A DNA stretch of 64,000 bases from Paraspadella gotoi (Eukaryota; Animalia; Chaetognatha), in contig CM119264.1 of the NCBI GenBank assembly GCA_051294375.1, positions 4,456,862-4,520,861 on the forward strand, in the 5' to 3' direction. Of the stretch, positions 1-11,977 are shown in pieces; position 1 is the first letter of the stretch; every line of letters starts with the position of its first letter. Position numbers and translations under genes: made by a program. Below the pieces are notes generated by a model. It was not told where the DNA came from, did no database searches, and saw only the letters and a program-made list of their open reading frames with translations.

Positions 1-2821
1 TGCGCCTCGACATAAGGTCCCTCACAAAAGATGGGCAATCTAGGTAAGCTAAAGCGGGAACCGGGGCCCGAATAATAAACTGGGGACGCAAGCGGGGTAG
101 ACAAGACGAGCCCACTAACCCTATAGGGGCACATTGCATTAGGGTGATGCCTTCATTCGGGGGCTCCATTAATTAGGTCGGCCGCGGTAGAATCAGAACA
201 CGCAAAAAAAATGGGCATTTGAATCCCTATGAAGAATAGAGAGCTTTTTGTAACTGGGGTATTTTTGCCAGGTTGTTATTGGTCAGTCCCGTAATATGTT
301 ATTTCCTAATAACTGATACTGTCTCTGTATTGAAAGCTGTATAAAAGACGATGCGCTTTTCTGGTAATCCACCAAAATCGTCAGCTGAAATGAAAACAAA
401 CGCTAAAAACCCTAGCCGACTCGAGCCTGGAGCTTATCTCCGGGAGGAGGGGCAGGAAGGATTCTTAGGCCTGAAAATCGATAATATGATGAGGAAACAC
501 GGTGCATTCAGATGGCCGGCTTTCTCATAACCCTACTCTTGACACACGTCGTCTGTATTCGCCTGTCTCGACCTTTTCCTTCTAGCTGCTCTCATTCCTA
601 CCCTCTATTTGCCGAGAGATGGCGTAAAAACTCCATCCGCCCCACCCTGAATGGCGTGAAGAACGCTCATCGCTGGTGGTGCGTGGTTGAGTGTGACCAT
701 TCTTCAAAACCGAGTGCGAAGAGAGCGCCTGCATATGATCGCCGACAGAGAGAGAAGAGACGAGAGAAGAGAGAAACGCAGCGGATGCTTAGTGGTCCCG
801 TGGACATATCACCAAAGCTCTGCTTCCTGCGAGTGGGGGGACCATCTAGACTCATAAGTCACATCTCTCATCTCTATCCGAATCCATGAGGAAGCGCGAA
901 AAAAAAAAGGGTGAGATGTTAAATGAATCCCAGTGAGGGTTTACGTAAACAAATACATCCGTTCCTCCAGCGCCGATGCAAATTTTTGTTCTTCGGATTC
1001 TCTCTCAAATCACGTCGCTTCAACACTGCTACTATCAATGTCACCCGAAACTCCCTCTTTCAAAAACATCAATTTCAAATACGTTACTCACATAAATCAA
1101 ATCTCAATACTCAATATAAATCCGGTCTGCAATGATCAGGGGTTGATCCTGGCAATTTCTGGGCAGCCATGATCAGAGATACAAAGTTTTTCGGAATTCT
1201 AAGAGACTGGATACATGTGCACTGATAAGGCGATCAGATAAATGAACGCAGGAACTACAAGAAACAGAGGCGGGTTCGAGGTGCGTCCCTATCAGTACGC
1301 CGGCCGTGGGACGGGTTTCTACGTCAGTACATTTTTTATCTGTGCATCTGTATTTTTTTTTGCGAGACTAGAAAACGTGTCTCAACTTGTTCTTTTTTCC
1401 CCTGGGCGACGGGGCTCGTCCGGACTAATGAGGATCGACGCTACTTTGAGTTTGGCGTGTCGCCGTAGCATCAGTCACTCTAATTACCCGATGGAGTTCA
1501 TCCTCAACCAATAATCGTCGAGAGCGAGATCAGGGTAAGACAACTTTTTTAATTTTCTAAGGCTAGCGACCCTCTTTTATGCCGGGGACTCTGGATCCGC
1601 CTTCCCACGCCGCGTCCAACTCTCGTGGAGGCTCGATTTCGATGGCCAGGGCGCTCTGGGACACTGCGCTGGCTAATGGACTGCAGTGGACTTTCGCCCG
1701 CTCTTTCGCACCACCTTCCTTCCCAGACCTGTGCCGAGCGTCTGAAAGACCACTCAAACTACGAAGGTTTGACCGTCTCACGAGACACACCCTCAATGTT
1801 ATTGGTCGGAGAGAACGCCCTTGTCTTTTTCGGGAAAATAAAGGGAGAGAAAAATAGAGATACAGGGAAGTACATTGGGAAGAGCGGCAAGGGATGATTT
1901 AGCTGGGTGAAAAATTGATTCCAAAAAAAGCCGAAGGTTTAATTTTTCGGGGCTTTATTTTCTTTCGATGGGGAGGCCGAAACGCCCGCTTGATAAATGA
2001 TGATTCGACAAGACGCGCATTTTCTGGAACTGATTTGTCAATCTCCCAGTTCTTTTCTAATTTTTTTTTGTTTCTTTTCTGTTTTTTTTTTGCGGCCAGA
2101 ATTAGTCCGTCATGTTCATAAGGCTTATGCCAACTATTCCAATTCCTGTTGAAGAGAGAAACAAAAATTAAGTGATATGAAAAAAGTAAGGAATATATGG
2201 TGAAAGTTCTTGAGTACTGACAAAGATCAAAATGTCGACAGTTTTGGAGGAGAGTATAAGAAAATAAAAAGTTCCACAAACTGCCCGGGATAAAAAAAAA
2301 AAAATTTGTTTTTCTGGGACAACAAGAAAAAATGTGAAACGTAAATGATTCCTCTGTGCCACCGCGGAGAAGGCCACGCAAGGAAATTGTATGAAATTAA
2401 AAACAGGTATGCGGTTTTTGCAAGAGTGTCATGTAATGGGCTTCTTATGCCTCAGAGCGGATGCTAAAAATAATATCACAAGGCCGATGAGAGATGAGGA
2501 GAGAGAGGAGAGAAGGTAGAGAGAGAGAGAGAGCAAAGAGAAGATCTAGCTTGACAGAGATGGAAAAACCTTAGCCACTGTTTTATTGTCAATTCGAAGG
2601 TTAGCAATTTTTTTCTTTTACCCCCGCGTCAAAGGTAATGAAGCAGTCCAAAGAAGAAAAGGTCAACGGTGTCGAAAGTGAAGCAATAAAGCCAGTAGGA
2701 ATTTGTGTTGCGTCGTTCCGCGTCGAGTTTGTTGTTGTTTTTTTGTTTGTGTGCGGTTGCTGAGAAAAAAATAATTTATATGAAAGAGATGAGCAAGACC
2801 ATACACGACAAATGTAATACC

Positions 2822-2862
<41 letters not shown>

Positions 2863-4789
2863 GCTGAGCTGTTAGAATTCGTGAGGAAGTGTAGTCGTTA
2901 TATGCGTTTCGCGAGGACTACGAGGAAGCGACAAGCAAAGTTTCTTTTTTAAAAAGCATTCATTACTTCCGTGTTACTGTCACATAGTAGGAAGATTATA
3001 ATTATAATTAAAATTATAAATTAATATTATAAATAGGCAATACTAGAAAGGAGTATTTAAAAAGGCCTAAAACACAAGGTATTTTGGGCAAAAAACTGGA
3101 AGTTGTTAAAAATAAATTACGACGTCCAATCGCGGTTGACGATTGAGGATGCGTGCATAGAACTTGGATGCCACCCTAGTGGAAGAGTCATGTGTGTTGT
3201 CACGGTCTCAAATACTAAACGGCTAACACAAAAGAAAAGTGGCAAAAACATGTCCCACACTGCCCTTCTTCTATTTTTGCTAAACAGTTTAACACCTCGT
3301 ACGGGGCCCATCAGCCCCTTCCAGGATGTAAGCCTACCCCCTCAACTCAACTTGCCGTCATGTACACAGCCTGTAGACTACCTTTTTCTAACGATGTTAT
3401 GTTCCACTCTGGGAAAAATGACGCACCTGCTGTCGAAACAGGGGGGAGTAGGCCGCATGGTATGGAGAGGCAGGATGGAGATGAGGTTCGGGCGTCGTTT
3501 AATTATTCACAACAGACGTGTCAGCGGAAATATGATGACCAATCTTCGACGAGACGACGACGCGACGACGACGAACGACGGAACGGCCGACGGGCGATTT
3601 ATGAGCTCCTGGTACGAGTGGATGGTAGCTTCAGCAGTTGGGCTGTCGTTACGTCGTTGTCGGTGCGAAAGAGCTACGTGTTGTCATCAGCAGAAAGGCC
3701 AAGGTAGACAAAATACGTGAAACGCTTGGCAGGAAACTAACGCCCCATTATGGCCCGTTGCGAGCGGGGATGAACAGATTTCTAGCACGTCGCTAGGTTA
3801 TTGCTTCTGTACCTCTGCCTCCCTCTGGCTCTCTCATGTCGCTCATAGATCGGGCTCTCAGTATTTTCCAGACTCTGCTTATCTCCTTTCCATTGTTTCT
3901 CGACTCCTCTTGCTGCTACTCTCATCCTTGTCATATTCATTCTTCTCGTCGTAGCTGCGTCCCGTGCTCCTCCCTCTTCTTACTCTACTGGACGGCCGCC
4001 TTACGCACCGGTGGACAGACGACCTCGCCTCTTTTTTCTCCTCGGCTGCTTCCTCTTCTTTCCTCTTCCCGTATGCATAATGATATATTGCGCTGACCAG
4101 TCGGCCTCCTGCTCTGCCATCGAAACCAACTACTGGCCTGTCTTACTCGGGGTCAGGCACTGCAATCCGAATGGCCATGGAGGATAACATCATGGTTTCT
4201 TTCGTTTTTTTTTATCCTGCCTCCCGAAGAAAAGAATGCCACGTTTTTTTTTGTGTTGGTTTTCTTTCAATTAAACAATTGTTTTTGTTCTAAGCGGAAG
4301 GAAACTGTTAAACGAAATATTAGGAAACATTTACAAAATTCTTCTCGGTTTCCCCGGCTCTGACTTGTTTTTTAATTGTTATGAACCTTACATTTACTTT
4401 TAAAAAACATTTTAAATATAACAGGACAAAGCTACGATCGAGTTTCAAAATGTCATTTAACCGTATTCATATTTTTAAACATTCTCCTAACTTAAATGGC
4501 TAAATCTAATAGATTTAACCATGATTTGGCTGTCAAACGGAAGGAAAAAACAAAGTCGAAGTTGATGATAAATATTTTTCGGCACACCACGACTGACAGG
4601 CGAGTGGCGGGCAATAAAACATCATACTTCGGCATGATGTTAAATCTCGTGAGTCAAAAGTTTACGCAAGAGCCTAAAGTTTAAAGGTGACTGGACACCG
4701 GACAATCTTAATCGGGCAGTTTAGGCAATGACAATCGCGGATTGTGAAAATGGACATCATTCGAAATGTGGGACAGAGTGTTGGACAGT

Positions 4790-5230
4790 TTTGTGATCTG
4801 TTAATTGAGAAGCATGAACATCCTTGAATTGCAAGTGTTGCGTGTCATTGTGATCTGTAATGAAAATGACATCTTGAAGTTGACAAGTGTTAGGCGTGTC
4901 TTTGAACTTCTGTCTAATGAAAATGAACATCTTGAATTGACAGTTGGCGTGTCTTGTGATCTGTAAATATGTGAAAAATGATCGCGATCTTGAATTGACA
5001 AGTGTAGCGTGTGCTTGTGATCTAGTAAGAAAAATGACAGTTCTGAATGACACAAGTGTGGCGTGGTCTTGTGAGCTGTGAATTGAAATGAACATCTTGA
5101 ATTGACAAATGTGGCGGTCTTGTGATTGTAAGAAATGACACTTGAATTGACAAGGTTTGGCAGTGTCTTGTGATCTGTATATTGAAAAAATGACATCTTG
5201 AAGCTTGACAAGATGTTTGCACGTGTCTTG
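4790..5230. repeat. Minisatellite, ~55-60-bp unit, ~7-8 degenerate copies
   Basis: The consensus tcttgtgatctgtaatgaaaatgacatcttgaattgacaagtgtggcgtg is repeated head to tail without unique spacers. Confidence 0.85.
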
Positions 5231-7973
5231 GTCGATCCTCGGTCGTATATTCGATAATCTAAGGAAAAAAAAAAAACAAACTTTTGTAGTCTTCTGCTTT
5301 TTCATTTGGGGATTTTGACACAGAAGTCACACATATCGTCTCCCCGTTTTTGTTTTTTTAACTTTGTTGATTATGCTTCTTTTCAAATTGTAAAGAAGCG
5401 AAGATGCTAAGGTCTTTTCCTGCGAAAATATTCGAGAGGCAAAGTCCACGGGTGGTATCTTTTGCCTTAGGGATGCTAACCTTTTCTAACGCCGCCTGTT
5501 CACCTATACATTACGATCCGAATGAGAATGAAGTCGTTGTCGACGGTAGCCGACTCACATCGAGACGAACGATGAGGCGGATCGAGGATAGCGCTACGGG
5601 AGAGAAGAGGCTGCGCGACCCAAGACGACTGTCCGGGGACCTAAAAGAGGCTTCTCCATTTGCCTCTATCTTCGCCGCTGTCCTCGATCCAGCCTCGAAG
5701 ACCACTCACGCCTGCCCAGCGTGCGGCCCTCGCCCTATGTTGCCAAATTGACGTTCCCTTGGTCTCCTCTCTCTCGGTTCTCTCGCGCGTGCAATCTCTC
5801 TCATCTCCTCGTCTCCGTTCTCATCCGCAGGCGTTCTGTCTCTTCCTCTCTCGCCCATCTCTCCTCTCTCCCTCTCGGTCCTCTCCTCCTCGGTCTCTCT
5901 CTCGTCGCATTAGAACCATCGGCTGCCCTCTGGGCCGTCGTGCAAATCTGACGCTTCCTCATCGACGTGTCAATGTTCTTCGGCGGTGGTTCGGCGCCGC
6001 TTCAAATACCAGCCTCTTCCTCAAATCCTCCGCTTGTGACCGCATTGACTCTCCTCTCTCTCTCTCTCGACTCTCGCTTCTCATCCACCCTCTTCGCTCC
6101 TCGGGCTGTCTCTCATGTGCATCTCTCGTCGTCTCTCTTACATCTCTCTCTTCTGTCTCCAGTCTCATCACTGCGCGCCCAATGGCAGCCGATGACGCGC
6201 GGTCAATCGGCTCGCTTTGCTCCTTGCTCTCACTCTCTCATGACTTCCGCCCCCTTGAATCCCCTCTCCTTTCGAGGTCAATGACGGGGTCCTAGTCATT
6301 GGCGCGGTTATGCGGATCTCTGGCTTTTGGTCCCGTCGAGCGAAGCAGGGATTCCGCCGAAAGTGATACCCGCCAAAGCCAGATTGATGGTCGTTGATCG
6401 CGATGATCGGATATAGAGGCAAAGGAGAGCGGTCTCGGAACCGGGAATCCGACATATCATGCGCTGATCCCAAAGAGAGAAATCCATCCGCCGCACGAAT
6501 GAGAGAGAGTAGTAGAGAGAGGAAGAGAGAGATGAGAGAGAAGAGAGATGAGAGAGAGAGAGAGAGAGAGCAGGAGGAGAGAGAGGAGATGAGATAGAAT
6601 AGAGAGAGAGAGAGAGAGAGAGGAGCAAGAGGAGGAGGAAGGAGAGAGACAGAGAGACGAGAGAGAGGGAGAGAGAGCGAGCGCACTAGAAGTCTTGATT
6701 TGAGTAATGCATATAACAGGCGGTCAATCTGGCTGCGAACGATGGCGCGGTATCTGAGTGACAGGCAATGGTATTCCGACGAGTTGAAAAATCAGTCGTT
6801 GGCTTCGACCGATCCTTGTGTTTTTAGTTTTTTTCTTTCTTCAGTTTGTTGTTTTTTTTTTGTAACTTAACTTTGGGGATCATAGGAAAACAACGAGACC
6901 GTGAGAATTCTCGCTTTGCATATTTAATTAAAAAAGAACTAACAAAACAGGAAAATAAAATCAGCGTAGGCTCCCGCACAAAAATCTGGGAATTTAGTCA
7001 AATACAAGTACAGATAACCGACAACAAATTACTAACAAAATTTGAAAGTCTTTCCTTTTTTTTCTGCTTTCTGGATTTCCTTCGCGTTAAATCGGATTCG
7101 ACGAGAGGACAAAAAGAGAGAGACAGAGAGAGAGAGAGAGATGAGAGAAGAGAGAGAGAAAGAAGAGAGAGAAGAGAGAGAGAGCAGATGAGAATTAATC
7201 CTAAACTAAAGGCACTGACTGCCGCTTGTTTTGCGACCGATCTCGTCTTGTGTCTTATTCTCGTCTTGTCCGCATTGTTGGCGCCTTAATGGCACCAGTG
7301 GATCGTTGCTCATGTTCTTGATCGTATCCGTATTGTGCGAGGTTGTCATTTCGTTTGTTCTCCAGTTATCAGAAGTCTATGTCTCATTCTGAGAGATATT
7401 GCTGCACTTATCTTCTCCGTGGAGAAAGCTGTTGCATGTATTGCGGTTGTAGGTTATGGAACAGGCACCTCCGGTCTTCGGACTCGTGAAAGTTGTTAGA
7501 TAAGCGGCAAACACAACTTTCTAAGATAGCTTGAATGTTGCGTTTTCATGTTTGAACTTTTAGTCCATTATATGGCAAATTCATCGCTGTTCGAGTGTGT
7601 TCGATCTATGTTTTTATCGTCTGGTACTCTACCTTCGATTAAAATTTCTCATAAAAGATTTTAAAAAAAAGAACGGAAAAAATCTCTATCTGTCGTCGTG
7701 AGTGACAGGCTCTCTCCCTGCGCTGATCTAAACTTGTATCATTCGCTCTTCTCTCTTCTCTTCTCTTATTCTCTCTCTCTCTTCTCCGTCCATCTCTCGA
7801 TTCTCTGCTCTCTCCCTCCTCGTTCTGTCTTACTTCCGCGCCCTCACTGCTTCCCATCTTACTCTTCTCAATGTTGTTCCTTGCAAATGCGGATTGAACG
7901 CTCGCTGACAGGACAAAATACCAGGTGTAGGAGGAAACCGATGGAAAGAAGGGGAAGAAAGAGAGAGAGAAGA

Positions 7974-8004
<31 letters not shown>

Positions 8005-9994
8005 CGAGAGGAGAGAGAGAGAGAGGAAGTATGAGACTTGGGTAAGGAAATAAGAATTATACCTCGAAGAAAAGTCATTTTATATTAGGCTTTCGTTTAT
8101 TTTATTACTTTATTTTCGACGCTCTGTTCTACCGATATGTTTTTTTACCTTTCCTGTTTATCTTCCTGGAATGCCGAGCGAGTAATTGTTGTCGCCGAGT
8201 TTTTTTTTCTTACTTCATCTGGGTCCTCTGGTCTTCGGTCCTCTTTAATTTTCTTTGCTTTCCGCATTCTAATGAAGCATCCTGGATGAGCGAGATTGCG
8301 GGAGCGTTTTTTTTGGCGGGTGAACCGAATCGCACCGAGCTCGGGCCCTCTAAGGCGAAGGGTGAAATTTTGACAAATAGAAAAATTCTAGTAAAGAGTC
8401 AATGATTGATATGAAGAACATAGCCACAGTAGAAGCATTAATCTTTATATAAAAAAGGATAATGTTTAATGCTTTTTTGTAATTTTCGCGTATAGAGCAT
8501 AACTTTATATTTATGGGCTACTTCCTATAAAGATTTGAAAAATTTCAAAAATAGATTTCTTTAATTTTGAGATCAGGATTTGAATTCTCCGGGTCGACAG
8601 AAAGCTTGATCGAAGAAAATATACATCTCGATTTTTAAAAATTTCTTGTCATAAGTAGGTTAAAAATTACAAAGAACTAATGATTGTAATATGTTAAAGA
8701 AGTTAAATTCAGTATTAAATTAGCTTTTCTAATTTTTGACCCACTTGAATGGAAGGGAAAGTTTTCCTAAAAAGAGTTAATTTCGTTTTCTTGGATCACT
8801 TCTTTAGTGACCGGAATCCAAGTCGCACACAAAAAACTTCTCCAAGAAAGACAACTGTTTTGAAATTTAGACAATTGTTCATTGGTTTAATTGAGTATAG
8901 ATAATGCCTACTGCATAAATTAAAAATTAACGTGATAAATTTTTTTATAGCATAAAGTTGTTCAATAGAATGTTATAACGTATGTTGTTTCGTCTCTCAC
9001 TTTGAATAAATTTTAAGTTAAGAGTAAACGTTAGGAATTTTACTACGCCCTACTCGGCGTCCACGCATTGCCAACGCGAATGCAAATTGCAAATCAAAGA
9101 TCCGGTGCAGAAGAGTGGCGACGATCTTGGTGCGATTTGTCTTTTGCGCGCGGTTCTCTTTTTTTTTATCCTTTTTTTTTTCTATCGGGTGACACGACAG
9201 GCCATGCATGTCTCTAGCGAAAGTCAATGACCTTTCGTTTCGCCGGGAAGATTCGATTAAGATTGAAAATGAGAGAGGAAAATTTCAAGCTCCGATTTTG
9301 GAAAATTTAGTCAGTAGAACAATGAAAGTTCAAATGCAAATGCAAAAACCATAAAAAATGTTAAAACCCTTTGCTTTTCAATCTTAATAAACTATGGCGA
9401 AGTTTGTAAACTTAGTTAAAACTTAGGTAGGTTAAGACATAATCGTAATTAAGCAGTTTGTAGCAATACATTAAATCCAGAACATCAAGGATTTTGAAGG
9501 AAGTTGCAGAGGACGGTCAGGTGAACAAAGACCCATAAAAATATATAACTGTATTGCGTTAATGAATTAACAAATTCTGTTAAGCACTCCCACAGGATCT
9601 CATAAATAGATTTAGAATATAAAATATTTCCGAAATCATTCTGAATTAAATATAAATTAACTTTTGCGCCCGTTAAATTTATTTTTAAGTGTATTTAAAG
9701 AAGATTTTAAAAGTTTTTCACAATTATTTATTATTGTTATTTACGATTTATTTACAAATTATTATTTATTTATTATTTACAAATTTCTTTAAAATTTTAC
9801 GAAACATTTCATTTTGGTTCGCGAGAATTAAAAAAAGTTAAGATGGAGTAGGAAAGTTTGCGTTTATTAAAACTCGAAAATAATATTTGTCGAAAAAGGA
9901 GAGAAAAAAAACCAGAGCTTTTTTTTTTCAATCTCCTCAATCACGAAAAAAAAAGTGTTTCTACTTTGGGCTGAGAAAAAAAGAGGAGGAAAGG

Positions 9995-10276
9995 AAAGTG
10001 GAGGAAAGGGAGGAAAAGAGGAAGGATTGAGAAAGGAAAGGTGAAAAGGAAGGATAGGTTTGAGAGGTGGAGGAACGAATGAAGGAAAAGAGGAAGGATT
10101 GAAAAAGGAAAGGAAAGGTGAAAAGGAAAGATAGGTTTGAGAGGTGGAGGTAGGAATGAAATAAAAAAGGAAGGATTGAGAAAGGAAAGGAAAGGAGAAA
10201 AAGAAAGATAGGTTTGAGAGGTGGAGGTAGGAATGAAGGAAAAGAGGAAGGATTGAGAAAGGAAAGGAAAGGAGAA
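9995..10276. repeat. Purine-rich minisatellite, ~75-bp unit, ~4 copies running into a gap
   Basis: gaggtggaggtaggaatgaaggaaaagaggaaggattgagaaaggaaagg...gataggttt is repeated. Confidence 0.85.
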
Positions 10277-10594
10277 NNNNNNNNNNNNNNNNNNNNNNNN
10301 NNNNNNNNNNNNNNNNNNNNNNNNNNNNNNNNNNNNNNNNNNNNNNNNNNNNNNNNNNNNNNNNNNNNNNNNNNNNNNNNNNNNNNNNNNNNNNNNNNNN
10401 NNNNNNNNNNNNNNNNNNNNNNNNNNNNNNNNNNNNNNNNNNNNNNNNNNCGGGGTTGAAAAGAGGAGAAGGCCAACGGCGGTCGGGGGAGGCAATGCGA
10501 TGATCCATCATCGTCTTGACAGAATTTTGAGTTCCGAGGATTTAAGGCAAACGAATCGAAAAAGGGGACGCGTCGAAATCATGACCGGAGTCCC

Positions 10595-10815
10595 GCGACC
10601 AATAGGGAGCTCGACCCGGGCTCGACGGGCCAATCAGGGCGAGGAACGACCACGATCGAAGGGAAAAGGGCAGGGTCAAAGAGAGCGAGCGACCAATGGT
10701 GGTTCGACCCGATGTTGATTGCCTAATCTGAGGTCGTCCAGCGAAAAAATGACTTACTAGTTACCACGTCCAGAGGCCAATCACGAGGAGTGGTGGTCAA
10801 TCCAGACCAATAACG
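10595..10815 (+). promoter_or_regulatory. Cluster of five same-strand CCAAT boxes (candidate NF-Y promoter)
   Basis: CCAAT at 10599, 10630, 10693, 10777 and 10807, in contexts such as GACCAATAG, GGCCAATCAG and GGCCAATCAC, within a GC-richer patch. Confidence 0.4.
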
Positions 10816-11498
10816 GGCATATCATTTTTTTTTTTCGAAGTCAGGTAAACAATTCTTATTATGAGTGTATGTATGACTTTATTATGTTTTACTGTTTGCT
10901 TCCTAACGATTTTTTCTAAAAAACAAATAATATGTATAAGGCGTTACATTTAACAAGCAACGAGCAAAAATTTCCGAACCCACTATTTTTTTTCCCGTTT
11001 CTGTTTTACAAATACTTGTTTTTCAATGACTTTCAATTTTTTAATTGCTTTTGTTCATTGATTTTCTTCAAAAACATTTTTTTTTAAAAATGAGAATATT
11101 TAATGAGATATATTTACCCCGAGCGTAAGTTCATTGAGTTGTCGTTTGTTTGCTGAGGAATAAAAAATAACGATAATTCATCTTTCTCATCATCCGTTTG
11201 CTCCTCCTCCTCCTCCTCCTCTTCCTCTTTCTCTTCCCAGAATGTCCATTTGCCGCATTCGATGCCATCAAATTTCTGCTTCTCGTTTACGTTCCACGAT
11301 TTCCTGACAACAGATCCCGACTCCCTTTCCTTCCTCCGATCCTCCCTTTCTACTCATTCTCTCTCTCTCTCCCCTTCCTCCATCTCTTCCTCCCACCTCG
11401 TCCACTCCCTCTCACTCTTTCCCTCCTCCGATCCTCCCTTTCTACTCATTCTCTCTCTCTGAAGCGCTTCTTAACGCGCGACCTAGATAAGAGAGTAT

Positions 11499-11882
11499 TG
11501 TAGTTTAACAGCAGAGCTCCAAGATCACTTGGCGCCAATCTACTTACGCCATCTTTCTTGCCATACCTTGTCCTTCTAATTACGCATGGAATATATTGTA
11601 CCGTGTAGATTGATAATTATATTATGGCTCAATGTGGTATACTATTTCTACTTATATACATGACGTTGCTAAGAATATAAGGTTATAGTTAAGCGTGTTT
11701 TACATTGTTAGAAACTTGTATTGGGTCTTCCTAAGATACTTGTTTTGAGAGTAGTTGAACACGGATATTGAAGATAGTCATAATATAATTAAAGGGCAGC
11801 AATAATTACGGGCTACTCTAAGAGAAGAATAGTAGATGAAACATTAGTAGCTTTGTATAAGTTTGCGATAATCTGACGGATT
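11499..11882 (+). repeat. 5' LTR (portion alignable to the 3' copy; may extend to ~11965)
   Basis: Starts TGTAGTTTAAC. Shares blocks such as gcgccaatctactt, tacgcatg, aatgtggt, cttatatacatg, gaatataaggtt, acacggat, agggcagc and acggatt in colinear order with 19802-20194. Confidence 0.7.
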
Positions 11883-11968
11883 ATGCTAGGTCAGCGCGTT
11901 ATAAGAAGCGGCTTCGTTTAACCTTCACACATTTCTGAGTGCCAGTATGTGAGCTAGCAAATTTATCT

Positions 11969-11977
11969 TGGTGCCCC
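11969..11977 (+). promoter_or_regulatory. Candidate primer-binding site (elongator tRNA-Met type)
   Basis: TGGTGCCCC lies just downstream of the 5' LTR and matches the first 9 nt of the complement of the metazoan elongator tRNA-Met 3' end. The match is short. Confidence 0.3.

Noticed and set aside
4790-5230. CRISPR-like array
   Set aside because: No unique spacers, degenerate head-to-tail units, no cas genes and a eukaryotic context; it is an ordinary minisatellite.
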